Source: Takakia lepidozioides
Lineage: Eukaryota > Plantae > Bryophyta
NCBI GenBank assembly: GCA_030704615.1
Contig: CM060733.1
Coordinates: 25,358,001-25,422,000, forward strand
Direction of reading: 5' to 3'
DNA: 64,000 bases
The position numbers were made by a program, and so were the translations under genes. This document shows positions 1 through 14,236 of this stretch, one piece after another. How positions within the stretch are numbered: the stretch's first letter is position 1; each line of letters starts with the position of its first letter. Under the pieces are notes generated by a model that made no database searches, was not told the origin of the DNA, and was given only the letters and a program-made list of their open reading frames with translations.

Positions 1-1491
1 TGATGTTGCCAGATACTCAGGAAGCAGTTACGGAATTTTACTGATTGAGCAAGCACTTGATGAAAATGTGGTATTCTAGATTGGAACAATACAGTTATAG
101 ATACATACAATTTCAGTTATGCAGGTCTGAGATTGCAGCTTATCAAGGGAGCAAGAAAGATGATCTGCTGACTGGCCACTCTTTTCAAGGAACAAGTTCG
201 CATAGACCCCGGGGATACCATCTAGTGTGGACTCACATACCAGGTGATGTCTCTAAAGTTCAACTGAACAGCTTCTTTGCACACTGTACTACGGGTTTCA
301 CTTGCACTCCAAATACAGTGTTGGATGAAATACCATTGAAATGGTGCCAACACCTGAAAAATGGCCCGGGATGACTCAACCATTGCTGAATCAACCAAAA
401 CAGACCTCAATGCTTTCGAAGAGGAGCTTCACCGTCCCTTTCGGTGTGGATGGCTTCCTTGAAAGACTAAAAATGCAGACTTATCGCAAAGTTGCCTTGC
501 GCCCAAAGCTTAACTCCGGACTCTGATAGACTGTATTCAGAAAATGGAGAGACAGAAAACATGAAAAAAGAAATAAAGGGGGTTGAATTATTGCAACCTG
601 CTTGCCCTGCATCCCAAAGCTCATCCTTGGAACTCCAATAAAACTACGAAAAAACTATTGGGGTAATACCACTGAGATATCGCAACTTAGTTGCCCCGCA
701 CTCCAAAGCTGGTCTTTGGAGCTCCGATAAAACAGTATTCTGAGCATACTAACAGCAATTTGTCAGGCACCATGCAGAATCCTTGATTGCTTCCATGCCC
801 CCCCTTTTTTGTTACTTCCATACTCAATGTTCCTAAGTACTTTCTTATGAAAAGAAACTGTTGCATTCTCTCCAAAGTATCATGTGACAATTGTTGCAAT
901 AGGAGAGCTACCTATGCAAACCAAGCAGAAGCAGATTGCACTGAGGCTCACACAAGCATACTGAGGTCAACCAATGAGACAGCATTACAAGAGGATAAGT
1001 CGGAAGATTATACCAGATTCAAGGATTTTTTGACATGTTATGCACAACGTCAGAACACTGAACCGAACAAGCCCAAGGTGGAGGCGCAATCCCTCTTAGC
1101 CTCGAAGATCTCACTAATAAACTACACCCCTGCATTTCAAACACATGAATGTTCCTCAACTCAAAATTTGGACCACAGAAAAATTCCTCAATGAAACTCT
1201 GTCACACCATTTCTGAGAAAGAATACAGAAGTTTGCAACAAAGACCAAGATGCTGTAAGAGAGACTTCTTCATACCCCCGATCTGGGAAAATTGAGTAGA
1301 AGCTCTTATTGATTGAATTGAATGCATACAAATTCGGATGTGTCCATGTGTACATGTTGTTTTTGGCAAGCAAGCCAACACAATTCTGCCTCTAACTGTA
1401 CAGTTTGACAGGCCTGTTGTTGGCCTAGGAAGTCCAAGGTTTTTGGCTTTGCTTTGTTCATTCTTTGACGTTCTCTCTGGCAAAGTACCCA

Positions 1492-2173
1492 CTAAAATTG
1501 AAGGATTCCTGGAAGAGTTAAGGGCGCTTCGGTCAGAACGGTCCGGCACAAGGGGCACCTGCCCCTGGACTTCCACTCCCTAGTAGCACAGATTGTGCAG
1601 AAATTTGCATGACTGCAGGGAATAAGACATGCTCTTTTCAGAACCATTGGTTTCCCAGTCCCGGATTCCTCTTGGGACAGTACCCCACCAATCTCCTGAA
1701 AACAGACTACACACTCTGCTTTCTGCATTGCTTTGGCCGCCTTATCCAGATCAAGCATCCATGACACCTTCTCAATATAGTGTTGATTCAGCTTCTTCGC
1801 TCTCTCTCTTATGGCGTTATCATGAGCCTGCAAAATGTCCGTACAGAATAAGACACATTCTTACTACCATCTGAGAAACTCTGAACGTAGGGAAAGATGA
1901 ACAAGGAAAGAGGGAAAGAAACGAAGAGTTTCACATCTAGCAGCATACAGATAGGACTCTTGAGGACTCTTGAAGTGCCATATCTGGACTTCTGGGTATT
2001 AAGGAAGACACAGAGGAAACTTCCCGCTTCCTGCTTCCGGCACCTCTGAGAACGGAGAAAACGTGCGTACTCCAAACCATCAGTGTACCGAAAACGTAGG
2101 GGAATATAAGAATTAAAAATAGTATTAAGAAGGGTTAGAATTACGAACTTGACAACCCTGTCTGGACTGTCAT
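1492..2173 (-). CDS. Small RING-HC (C3HC4) finger protein, putative E3 ligase; 3 exons (2173-2145, 2045-1949, 1827-1492)
   Basis: The last exon encodes CVVC...PCSHANFCTIC...W...CPLCR. GT-AG introns of 99 and 121 nt join in frame to an ATG at 2173. The two 5' exons are inferred from splice signals and phase only. Confidence 0.6.
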
Positions 2174-2949
2174 TCCTCTCCTTCACTTAACCTGAAGGTA
2201 CTGAAGGCCAGAGGAAACCTGAAGGTACTGACGTAAACCTGAAGGTCGGAGGTATATGAGCAACTAATAAAATCCAAAGCAAGAAGACGTGTTTTCCGTT
2301 CTCCAGAACGTATTCGAAAACATAAGTCTTGGGAATGTTCTAAAATCCATTGTCAACACGTGCCATGTGATTGAAGTCTATGGCTTGATTTTGCAGGCGG
2401 AACTGTGGCCTTCCTAGTCTCTGGCATTTGTCCTTTGAGAAACCATACAGAGGTGGAATATAAGCCTGATATTCCACACCAATTTGCACAGGGAAGAAGA
2501 CGAGGAGTGAGGGCGAACTCACATACGGGAATACTTCATGTTTGTGAGGATTTGCAGAGGAAAATTCCTTTGAAAATGGGGGACAGTTGTAAGGGCTTGG
2601 GACAGATGAAGAACTTTGGACCTTTCGTAGTATTGGATAGATGAGCGTGCCTAAGTTTTTACTTACAGCAACCCCAGAACCAGATTCGACATATTTCTAT
2701 TTGGTCCACACTGCGTGGTATCCAAATAACTGAGAGAATAAAGTGTGTGCACTCAACATACTTTTGTGGATTGTTGGATCAGCCTCATCCATGTAGCCTT
2801 CCGCCCCATGCACATCCTCCGCAGTCCCGTTACCTGGCTTTGCAGTTTCTTCTTAACTTTTTGGAGTTTTTTCACCTCCTAGTTCACAATACACAGTCCA
2901 CAAAAAATGAGCTCCAGCATAAAAACAACAACCCTACATCTATGGAGGT

Positions 2950-3870
2950 GGACAAACTAGGGCACAGAATGTACTCACAAGACTTTGTTTGCCGAAACCT
3001 TGTGGCCATAGACCCCACACCCAGTTTGGATGCAAACATACTGGATAGCCACTACCTTTGTGAGTGGCTCACTCCAGTAGTGTGACTTGCTGCCATATAA
3101 ACGATTAGTTCCGGCTTTCCAGATATCCTCTAGAAAGCCCTTCACATAGGCATCAATCTGCTGTGTCTAAGCAGCCGAAAAGTTAGACCCTAACAGGGCC
3201 AGGGCTTTAGGTTCTGCCTCCAGATTTTCAAAGTTGGTGAACAGAGGTGCAGGAACAATGATCACAATGACTACTAGGGCACAGAGAGAATTGAAGAAGA
3301 GAAAGGAAGAAAGGAGGAAAGAGATAGAAGGAAAGCTCAAAGACCTTATGGGACAAAAGAAAGCAGGATACAGTGGGACCCTCAACAAGCAGCCCTTCAG
3401 CAAGAGATTCTCTAACATGGAAAGAGTCATGCAGATATGCTGCCAAGCATTTTTGATCCTCGCATGAAAGACCTTAGCAAAGGATTAGCTGTTCGTTATC
3501 GTCCCCAGATCTCACAGTAGAGAGAACAGTGAAAGAAGAAATGTTCTTTAGTCTCAATCTTCCCTCTTTCATCTCTAGTGCAAGCAGGACCCAAGTGGTC
3601 AGCACGCACCAGGATGTTCCATCTACCAGTCTCTATCCGCAGACTGTGTAAGCCCATCCCGAAGCTTCCCAATGCTCCTAGAAGAGTTAGAAGAGTTGAA
3701 ATAGGAACCGATTTGCAGAAAGAAAAACCGCACTGCGACGTGAAATCCGCGAGAACAAAGAGGGGGCAATTGGACAAACTAGAACGGAAGAGAGAGACAG
3801 TGAGGATGGAGGATACCTTTTGAGCTTTCTTGCAGCTTGCAACCAAACGGGTGAATTCAGACTTCCACAT
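2950..3870 (-). mobile_element. Degenerate non-LTR retrotransposon 3' end (C-terminal Cys/His region plus 3' UTR; RTE/L2-like rather than L1)
   Basis: GLHSLRIETGRW...IETKEHFFFHCSLY followed by CLAAYLHD. The 3' UTR matches the copy at 53.35-53.9 kb. Confidence 0.7.
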
Positions 3871-4419
3871 TGCCTCCCATAGACAGATGTAGACTGGATA
3901 ATCAAACCTAGCAAAAAAGACTGTAACCTACCATATACACACGAGAGAGAGGTATCGGCCGAGGCGATGTAGAATCTCTCCGAGATTCATACCCATTTCT
4001 CAATTTGATAAATCTTACCGAGAATCTCTAGCCGCATCTGGGTTGCAGAAAGAATAGACTTGTGTGACTATTTTGTGATCTACCCTACTAACCACCACTG
4101 AACCACTGTGAAAGGCTGGGATACGATCCTGGGAGTGCCCAACTGGGCCTCCCATTCCATACGAGCTATCCCACCATACTCGCGACCCACTCCACAAGAG
4201 AGGCCAGCAGCATGCACACCCCACAAACTCGTTTCTCGGAAACGCCTGGGACATACTTAGGTAAAGAGTAAAGAGGCCTCTGAAGCCTCTACTCGATCAC
4301 CCCATAACTGCTTCTTCACCATCGTTAGATGAGCGACGAGGGTTGATATGCTTTCTAGCTAATGTTTGGCTTTTGGGCCCCACAGAAATTTCTTACCCAC
4401 CACGTGTCCGCGCTTAACA

Positions 4420-4640
4420 CCAATTTGGAGCTCTCCTGCTCCTCCCAAGACGCCAGCCATTCCAAGTTCTGAACTTCGATTCTTTCATGAATTATGGCAA
4501 CTCTGGGCAGGTTGTTGGGAGCTCCTACTGTTTGCAAGCATAACTATGGTTGTTTTATGCAAGCGCGGCTTTATGTTACGGCCCGTGTATTGTCGCCTAT
4601 GTGCAACGTACCCAGAAGAAGAAGTGTAGACTGCTTGAGG
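4420..4640 (+). mobile_element. L1-type LINE zf-RVT remnant
   Basis: IWSSPAPPK...LWQL...LCKRGFMLRPVYCRLC...EEEV resembles the zinc-binding domain that follows RT in plant L1 elements. Confidence 0.5.
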
Positions 4641-5369
4641 CTTGTGGGATGGCTTCCAGTCAGAGCAATCGACAGGGGTAAGTGGTAAGGCTGTATTCTC
4701 CCATAGTATGTGATCACCTCCAAGTTAGTCCCTGTTTTGAGCCTGTTATATGGAATAGTCCTTGGAGCTTCCTGTTATGATATGGTGCCTGTTCCAACCG
4801 TTGCTGTACGGCAGTCCTGCATGCTAGGGCCTTTGTGAACATGTTTTCCAATGTGATCGTCACTTCCTCTGTAAAGGAAGCTGAAGCCATCTTTTTATTC
4901 AAGAGGTGCACCTGTAAGCTGCTGCAGCCATGCAGTGCAGCTGCATTGATTGCAAATAGACTCAGGGGATGCAGAACTGCTGCATGGGATTTCAAACAAA
5001 TTTTCAGAAGCTTGAATTAGCTATGAGGGATGTCTTGGCTTATATGCAGGGGAGGTATGATTATTATCAGAATGTAAATCCATGATGTTCTTTTTTTTCC
5101 TAGAAGAAATAGGCGTTGTTTCCTCCTCGCAAGTGGCCGGATGGACCTGTAAGGGTGTTCTCGTTCCACATGTTGTGTCAACCACAAGATTCTCAGTTAA
5201 ACCGCTGCCTACTAGATGTAACCCCAAGTTGAGCGGAGCTCAATCTGTCACATTGTTCCAAAATGGTTTGATTTATCGAGCAGGGATCTTGTCCATGCAC
5301 TCTCATTTGTAGTTGAAGCTAAGGTAGAGACACATGTTTTTGGAGTTCACCAGTGAGTAGTTGTTGTAG

Positions 5370-7224
5370 CTCAAATACTTGAAATAAAATGCTGCTTTGC
5401 TGAGGAGGCGTACTGGTTGCTTGGCTGTAAAGGTGGACAAATCGGTGCTGGAAGGTCGAGCTTTTGTGTTGTAGCAGCTCAAACGGTGCAACAGACTGTG
5501 GAAATTGCACCTTCCGAGTATCAATTGGTGAGGTTAACTTGAACTTCTACTTCCTCTGCTGGCTAACACATTCATGAGTGGCCCACCAGAAACAACAACC
5601 ATACCCTGTGCATTACATTGTGATGTCAAATACGCACTCCTGAAGCTGGCCTTTCTGCTGCAAGAATCATGAAGTCAACAACAGAATAACAAAGCAAGCT
5701 TTATCTCTGTATCCTGACCAAAGTGGCTATTTGGCAGCTAGTGGATGAGGTGAAGACCCGCCTAGCGAGGGAGCATGGAGATCTCCCAGTAGGAAGAAAT
5801 GGCATAGATGATAATGATCAACTCCTATGGTTCCTCCGTGACCGCAAATTCGTTGTGGATGCTGCAATTACAAAATTAGTCAAGGCCCTTGTATCCTTTA
5901 CAGAGATACTTTTTGAGTAAAAACCTGTATACTTTTCTGAGTCCATAGTGTATTGACAATCTACTCTCCTCAGTTCAATTGCAAGTCTTGTCTCGGGTTC
6001 GTTTTATTCTCATGTGTGCCAGGTGTAAAAAGTGCTGCAGTAAATGTTTTTTGCAGATTGTTGTAGCCACCAATAACCCTGCATTCTACCTGTGGCACTG
6101 GTGGGTATTCTTGACCTCTAAGCTGCAAAGACATGGCGACATGACTTTGGTGTGGATGAAATCACGGATGAGTCAATCAGCAGAATGGCAGCCACAGGCA
6201 AGGCGTATCTGCATACCAGTCCAGACATTGAAGGTCGGCCTGTGGTGGTGGTTGTTGCAGCGAAGCATTTTCCAGTGGTAACTTTACCCATTGACTGATG
6301 CTATGCAACCTGTGGTATTCCAGTTTGATGTGGACCTGGATTTGCAACATCCTGTTCCTCCAAACACTCTGTACATTGGCGTGCAAATTTATCTCAGATT
6401 GAGCTTTCTCTAAGGATTCATCATCTGCAGTTTTGAGATCATGTCTGTACATTGCAGGAGGAAGAGCTGCTAGAGAGCGAGAAACTGTGTATCAGTTTGA
6501 TTGAGAAAGCTCTCAGCCAACTACCAGCTGGTGGTGACAAAATGCTCGGCATTTTTGACTTGCGAGGCTTCAAGGCACCAAACGGAGATCTACGATTTGT
6601 GAAATTTCTGGTACGGGCATGGGTTTTCAAATCTGAATCAATTCATCTCTCCCTCTGTCCACTTCTCCAACTCTTTACTTTGTACTTGAACATTTGATTT
6701 ATGATGTCCATGCAAGGCCTCTCCATTTTTGTGCATACTGGACATATAGGTGAATATCTTCTATTGCCTTTTCAGCTACGTGCCTGTCTTGCGAAGAATG
6801 CTGCTTTGATTCTCATAGAGCATATTTGGATAGCCTCACTGAGACATTTCTGCTGTCTGTGGTTTCTTCTTCTATACAGATTGATGTCTTCTTCGAGTAT
6901 TATCCCAAGAGGCTGGGGCAGGTGTTATTTGTGGATGCCCCTTATATATTTCAACCAGGCTGGAATATGGTGAAACCTTGGCTCAAGTCTTATGCAAGCT
7001 TGGTATGTCTTTGTCTGACCTCTGTTTCATTTCTATTAAGAGGTGCATTTTCTGTGACAGTAATCGTTCATCATGCAAAAAGGGAGGCAAGTACCAATGG
7101 GTGTAGTATTAAGTTGAATAATCCGGATGGAGGTGAGTTACTGCAGGTCAGGTTTTGTTCGGCTGCTGAAGTCCGTGACGAATACTTCACAGCTGAGACT
7201 GTCCCAATGGATTTCAGAGAGTAG
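5370..7224 (+). CDS. CPSFL1: Chloroplast Sec14/CRAL-TRIO lipid transfer protein (CPSFL1/At5g63060-like); exons ~5370-5527, 5738-5890, 6131-6277, 6458-6610, 6880-7002, 7147-7224; true start uncertain
   Basis: The spliced product LVDEVKTRL...[10 protein letters not shown]...GKAYLH...GRPVVVV...EKLC...[11 protein letters not shown]...[20 protein letters not shown]...[20 protein letters not shown] closely follows CPSFL1. Introns are canonical GT-AG. Confidence 0.85.
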
Positions 7225-8286
7225 TGCTCCCCACATGGATCTCAAAGTGGGTTTGGTCTGCTAGATTCAGAGAGTATTTTGTCATGTTGTGTGCTGAGGG
7301 AGAGAAATTTGTCAGTAAAGTTCAGAATGACCAGTTAGACATGCGGCAGAGATATGGTGGAGTCTCTTCAAACAAGAGGGCAGATGAGATATGGCCTGCA
7401 AAGTTTTATCCATTAGTTGCAAAGCAACAGTTTGCAGAAATGTGATCATGAGGATTCTTCTTTTACTTTGAAGAATCTATCAGAAACCACCAGTGGAAGA
7501 CACTGCAAACCTTCCGGTTATTTGATAATTTGAAAAATCTTTATCACTAATTTTGATGCCAGCAAAACCTTTCCATATCCACATCAGCCTCCCTTTTAGT
7601 GGGATATCCTTGACTCTCACACCCAAACGCAATTTTCCTCTCTTAAAGAACATACTCGCGATGTCCTTCCCTTGTTTTCCAAGTCCTGATTCTCCTCCAC
7701 ACTCACACCTCCTTTGATGTAACCATCCTTCCTGCCCAATCCAATACTTTCTGCATTGTACTCTTGTCCGACTTTGCGAGGACCTCATCGAACAGATTCT
7801 GGTGAACTGGTATCTGTACAGGACATCATCAAATAAGGATGCCACTTCCCTTCAGTACTTCACCTCATCATGGACATTAAGTGAAACTCCCATGGCTTCA
7901 CTATAATGCTAGGCGAAACCTTGCAATCATCAAACCCCTGCTATATGGATTAGCCCGAGATAAAGAGTGCTCTATGAAAGTAACAAGGTTTCCCTGCTGA
8001 ATAGCCAACTGCTGTGACACTCGGTTGAGAGCTCATACTATCCAGGGGGCACTCGTGAGCATCCACCCAGGAATAGACGCCAGCTATACAAGAGCCTCTC
8101 CCCCCACATGGAGGGTACTGCCCTCTTTCAAACGTGGGCTCCAAAGTCCATACCTTCCGTACTGAATTGGCTTTTGAGAATAATTTACTCAAATGGGTTG
8201 CATCATACAGACTAAAGATTGATTGTCTCAGGAGTAGACATCGGCAATCCAGTCTCTGCCTCCAGTACATGAAGCCTAAATCAGCA

Positions 8287-11159
8287 TCACTCGGGCTTGC
8301 ACACAGAAAAGAGAATGTAATAGCCTCTCCGTATGCTTTTCCAGCTGACTAGACCACATGCTTCAGTAATCTCCCTTATTTCAGATTCTGTCCACCACTG
8401 GAAAGGGAGCCCAAGTTGCATAATCGTCTGATAAGACAAAAAAAAAAACAGGTTAAAAAGTGGGTACTGCAATAGCTGTTCAATCTTATGGTGACTTTCT
8501 TGCATGGAACAGTTGAGAGAAAATTCACAGAAAGGTAAACTATGCCTCGAAACACAGATCCAGACATAGGCAGGAAAGAATGGTACCCGCCGAATTGGAG
8601 TGAAGACGCCCGACAGTGTCGACGGAGGTATTGGCAAGAGGAAAGTACTTGCCACAAACACACCACCAGGCTTGAGGACTCTACTTATCTCTGCGACCTG
8701 TCCCATGATACAAACTTTAATGAACAGATGACTGTGTGGGACTGAGAGTGCACACATAGCAAGAAATGTCATATCTGTTGTGAAATAGTGGCCGAAAATA
8801 GCAGGGTTGGTCACAGCAGTATGCATGCTGGTATTCTGTCAATGCCAGCTCTTAGATCAACCCTCTGGTAAGCAAACTGTTGTGGCAGCCATCAGGCAAA
8901 TGTCAGACATGGGTTTACAGGGAACATTTAATGAGCACAACATTGATCTCATTCAAATCCCATTTGGTGGAGCAATGCAAGCCCTATTTATTCCGTTTTT
9001 CTGATGACCATTGCTGTAACATCCTGCCATGACCAAACCCTCCCCTCCCACTTCTGCCACCCAAAACCAGGCAGCAGCCAAACTCATAAGAACATTCTCC
9101 GTGAAAATGTAGAAGACTCACGGCAGTAGTGGGCAGAGGCCAACAATGGATGGCTGCCCCTGCATGCACTGCTGATAGTGATGCTGTTGCAAATGGCAGC
9201 CTTGCTACATCTGCTCTGATTAGGTGCACCTTTCTGCAACAGATTTAGCACCATAGTCAAAACCTACTTTCCAAGAACTTGTTTGCAAGATCCTGGTCAA
9301 TGTGGACATGATAAGATTCTTGTCAGGATATGGGGCCCCGTCATGATGTCTCAATATTCAAAATTCCACTACCAATCAAAGAGATCTTAAGGACACCAAA
9401 TTATGTTATAGCAGAGCTTAGTTCAAAACAGATCTCATCTAGGGTTATACTCTCCCTGTGTGGAGGCTTACGTCAAATCCACTGCTGAATCCTGCTCAAG
9501 AAAGCTTAGGCAGTTCTCCAGCATGGCTTCTGAGAAATCAGACGCAATCACACTGTTGTAGTCCCTGCTGGCTAAAAAGCGTCGTGCAAATGATCCCCCT
9601 CCACAGCTCACATCCATAATCACCCCCGCCCTTGCTGATTTCAACAAAGCCTGAGCCATTTTAAACTGAAACACCCCTTACACACACATAAGCTACAGCC
9701 CTCAGTCTGATGCTACAGATGTTAATGGTAATTGCATCTAGTACACCATGAAGGAATCACTGAAGGACAGATGAAGGTTTGATGCTTCAACCCGTCCTAC
9801 TGAGAGCTATATTTTCATTAATGGATGAGTGATGGTCATATTACAATGCTGCCATGAATCTAGAAATAGGCAATAAGACTAAAAAATGACCTGCAGATTG
9901 TCTACATAAGGCAAGCTTGCCTTTGGCTGAGTTGTATCTTAGAGAGGGTAGACTGAGTGCCACAAAGTTGAAATCGCTGCATATGTTATTGTGAAAACGA
10001 ATGAAACATAGGCTTGAACAAGTAATCTCCATAAAGCATTGGCATTAGCATGATGACAGACTGTACTTTGAACCTTTCTGAGGAGGCAAAGAGAAGGGAA
10101 AGGAGGATAATGTCATAACATAAAAATCCAACTCTCATCATGCAGGGCCCAGTTGATAGTAAACAAAGATCCATTGCAGGTTACCTCTTCGTCAAAACCA
10201 GGGAAGTTGAAAATGCCAAATATATCTCTGTAGCCTCTGTCATAGATATATGCTACAACTGGGTTCCTGCATGCAACACAAAAGCAAATAGGGATCAGTA
10301 TGGCAAGAATACTGCATGAAGAAGTGTGTCCCATAATTTCCAAGTGTATGGCACCAGACTCACTGGAATAAAGCAGCTCCAAGTGGTACCACCTCTTCAA
10401 GGTCTTGGTTGCCCGCTGAGATGGTGAGGTCGATGATACCTCCCATGCTACAGTACGGCTTCTGGCAACTCTCGCACCGAAATGATGACCTATCCACCAC
10501 TTTCCTGGCCCGTACCCATCAGCAATGGAATCATTAAACTTTCTGCAAGTCTACCCAACTAACACAGCTAGCAACCAGTGTCCAAAAACCTACTCCTGGC
10601 CCTGGAATGCCATTACGTATTTGACTCAACGTATGCATTTTTTTGGAATTCACAAGATCATTTTGAAATGCGTGGCTTCCTCCACCTACACCCTCACTAA
10701 GCAATCCGAGAAACTGCATTGCATTTGTTCTCCAATTTCCAAGTTGCAATTCCGGAACTTACGGATGGAAGCCTTGTTGACCTAGCTGAATCAGAGGTTG
10801 ATAGCATACAGGGCACGCCAATTTGAGCGTCTCCACTGTCGCAGTCGGAGCGTTTTCTGTCTAGACCACCCCACACGGCCCACTGACTTCAACAGTATAC
10901 CATCCATTGTCGTCCGAGGCCCACTCAACACCCGGTAACAGAGAGTACAGAAACCCAGAAAAACAATCCGCAACATACATACACTGGCATTTTGCACAGC
11001 CGATGATGATGACAGAGCGGTGACAGCAGAGCCTCGCATACGCTCTACACGATGCTCGAGCAAGGGGCTCCACCGCTTGATTTTCACGGCCGGTGATAAG
11101 GGCCTCAGAGGACCAGAGCCAGCAGGAATCAAGCGCAGAGGTAGCATTGCTCCCGCCAT
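8287..11159 (-). CDS. Plastid SAM-dependent (UbiE-related) methyltransferase, At2g41040/At1g78140-like; about 8 exons
   Basis: Transit-peptide-like N-terminus, then LACPVCYQPL, FRCESCQKPY, YDRGYR..FPGFDEEF, MDVSCGGGSF (SAM motif), RADVARLPF, VHAGAAIHCWP, AEISRVLKPGGVFVASTFL. Stop at 8287. Confidence 0.88.
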
Positions 11160-12275
11160 CTCTGTCCTACGTCGCAATCCGTGTTCCGTGTTGGCTATCT
11201 CTCTCCTCCCTCCACTTCACGTTCAAACTTCTGAACAACCCTTGTTTTTAATGCGTTGGTAGTTAGTCTCACCAACTTCTCATTAGTCAGTGCTCAGTAA
11301 CCTTCATTCTCAAGTGTCTCTACGCCAGAGTTTTCTTTGATGATGTCTGGAAAAAGCTTTCTGAGTACCGGTATAACCAATTGCAAAACCGATGATCAAT
11401 GGTGCCAGATATGACCAGTATGTACGTCCCCAGTTTAGTGGATTACATGCAGTCTGGAAGGCTTGCAGGAAAGCTGCAAGGGCTTAGTGTTTAGACTGAG
11501 TTACAGGCAAACATGATGTAGTTCATTAAACAGCACGGTCTGCCCTCGAACTGGACCTTGGACAATTGAAACTTGTAATGCCAACTGATCAATCTCTCCC
11601 ATTCTCTCTTTCTGGGAGTCTGCCAATGTAAATGTGAATCTAGCAAATACCTGGAGACCACACAGAAGGAGAAGCTTGACTGTCTGAAGGAAAAGGAAAA
11701 GGAAAAACCAAGTGTTCAAGAATGAGAGCATACTCAAGTTGGTTAGGGGGGAGTGTCTCCTCTATTGTCTCCATGGCTTTTCGCCGGAAGGTTAATTTAA
11801 TTCATTTAAGGGCTTCTATCCCCTTTCTCAAAATGAAAAAAGTTAGAAGAACATACACAGTTCAGACAAAACAATAAAAGCTGATCCTCGAGGAATAGGA
11901 ATCTGAAATGTACAATGAAAGTTATAAACCAGAAAAGAGCCAACGTATAGCTGGAACTGCAGACCACAAAACAATGCATCAGGGCTGTAATGAGAGTGCT
12001 TGCAAGTATGTCGAGGGTTTAAGCAAAAAAGATCATGGTTGTAATTATGCAAGAATGCTTATGGCTCCTGTCACCAAACTAATCTTCTACCTCTTTTGCT
12101 TCTGGAGATGGAGATGGAGATGTCTACAAGATCAATCATGCACCATCTCTGAGTGAACCTATCCACTGAATTGAAGCATATCTGCACAGAAACCACCCTC
12201 CTCAAATGACCAAAGCTTGAGCATGAGAGATGCCGAGTTCCATAGAGGAAAGCTGAGGCGCCAACATTTCGCTAC

Positions 12276-14236
12276 TCAAGATGCTGGGTGAAAAGCAAAG
12301 GATGCCATAGATAGACTCCCAAAAGTCCAGCTGCTATGAATGCGCTCAGCACGAGCTCCTTGTCCTGCAGCTCCGAGGGCCACAAGCAAGGGCACAAAAT
12401 GGTCGGAGTCAGGATGAGCTTTGCGGGCATGGGGCGCCTTTTTTGTCCACTGGATCACCTCCTCATGTCTGCATCACAAAACCCCAGCCGTGTTACAGTG
12501 TCTCACAAACTTCACTGCACATGGATCACTTCTAGCTTTACCCCAGCTTCTCCCAGCTCCTTGAACTTTTTAGCCACCTTCTTAGCTTCACTGCGATCTG
12601 TAGGGCTATCAATTTCCTGTTGAGTATTGTGCATATGTTCTTTATTTTGAAAATTTTATCTTCATACTGCTTGTTTGGCTGGAGTACAGCTTTCTCTAAG
12701 GAGCTTAAATGGAAGCAAGTCTTTGGCCCTTCATCACTAACCATCCTTTTCAACATGTTAAACAAGGTGAAGTACATTTGCTCTCAGCCTCCAGTACGAC
12801 CCTACTCTGGAAGCCCCCAATTCCACTGTTACATTAAGGCCAGATGACACATGAAAGGTTAAGCCACTGCAGTGTGGTCTTCGACACAGTAAGTTTGTGC
12901 CCCCTTAAATTCAAGAGTTCAGGGGAGGAGGAAGGCGAGGTAGATATAGTTACACATCCTGTCACAAGATAGGTGATCAGAGAGGGAGGAAAGGGAGGGA
13001 AAACCAAACCTGTTATCAACCAACGAATCAAAAAGCCAGTTGTCAAATGCAATAGCCCATGACGGAATTTTACTTGAATCAAAACTAAGAGCACTTAAGT
13101 TGTGGACAGCGCTTCCTGTGCCCATTATTAACACCCCCTCATCAACCAGAGACGACAGGGCCTGACCCATCCGGTAGTGGTGAGCTGCATCTTTGTTGCT
13201 TTGAACAGAGAGCTGACAAACACGGATGTCTGCATCTGGGTACATTAGTTTAAGGGGCACCCATGCTCCATGGTCCAGTCCTCTCTTCTTGTCCTCCCCA
13301 ACTGAATTGAATCCTGCCTCTTGTAGGAGCTCCTTCACTCTCAATGCCAAGTCTGGTGCACCTGGTGGAGTGTATTGCATCTGGATGTCACGTGCCAAAG
13401 AACCACAAGAATCAGGGAATAAACATGTCTCTCTCGCTCTTTCAGTTCCACCACTCCCAGTTCTGCTCCATTCAAACTTGGTATTGGCTGACAATGGCCG
13501 AGCAAAAACCATTCAGGGATGCAAAAGAGATCCTCAAATTCATTCACATCCACAAAAAAGTAATTCCCACAGAGAAAGGGTCCATTGTAACTGAGAGGGG
13601 CGTTTGAGAGGGAGGAGATCAGTAGGAATAGAGAAGGAGAAGGCTTCACCTGATAGAGCTCAGGCGGGAAGCCGTAGAAATCATGGATTGTGCTGTTTCT
13701 GGTCACCACATTCACTGCAGGTTCCCGTGTGTCCCAGTGACCCGACACTGCCAGGACCGCCTTGGGCCTTCAATCAGTTTTTTAACATGGTTAAGTGCAT
13801 ATAACCAAGACCATAATAAAACCCTCCAAGACACATTTAGATCCAGACCTTGGATACTACCTATGCATTTGTCGTTGGCGACATCGTGTTGCAGAGACTC
13901 TCCGTAGGAGACTGGCTGACACCACTGTGGAATCTCTGGATAAATCATCTATCTAGCCTCAATCCAAATGCAGCACCCCCCAAATGACGACGTAGAGTTT
14001 ACAATCTTCTTTGTTCTCCCCCGTGAGAGGTCCATAGTAATGACCTGTACTTAAAGCATCCCTCAAACACCCCTGAATCGATTTCTGTAATTACAACAAT
14101 ATCATGATGAACACTGGAAAGAGGTACGCAAATACCTTCCAGGAATGGCGTTTGGAAGATCTTTCAGAAATGTCCTCGCAGGCACATCATCCAACGGAAG
14201 CGTAGGAGCACCATGGGAGATGTAGTAAGTGCTCAT
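12276..14236 (-). CDS. LigB: LigB-family extradiol ring-cleavage dioxygenase (DODA-like, non-betalain HNL type), copy 1; 4 exons
   Basis: [65 protein letters not shown]. Confidence 0.92.

Noticed and set aside
1-1200. ORFs and possible exons at the left edge
   Set aside because: No recognisable protein motif, and splice signals are ambiguous on both strands.
2189-2247. Three AACCTGAAGGT repeats upstream of the RING gene
   Set aside because: Too short to assign a function.
2340-2522. ELM2-like motif IGVEYQAYIPPL on the minus strand
   Set aside because: Too short, and I could not connect it to a gene model by splice signals.
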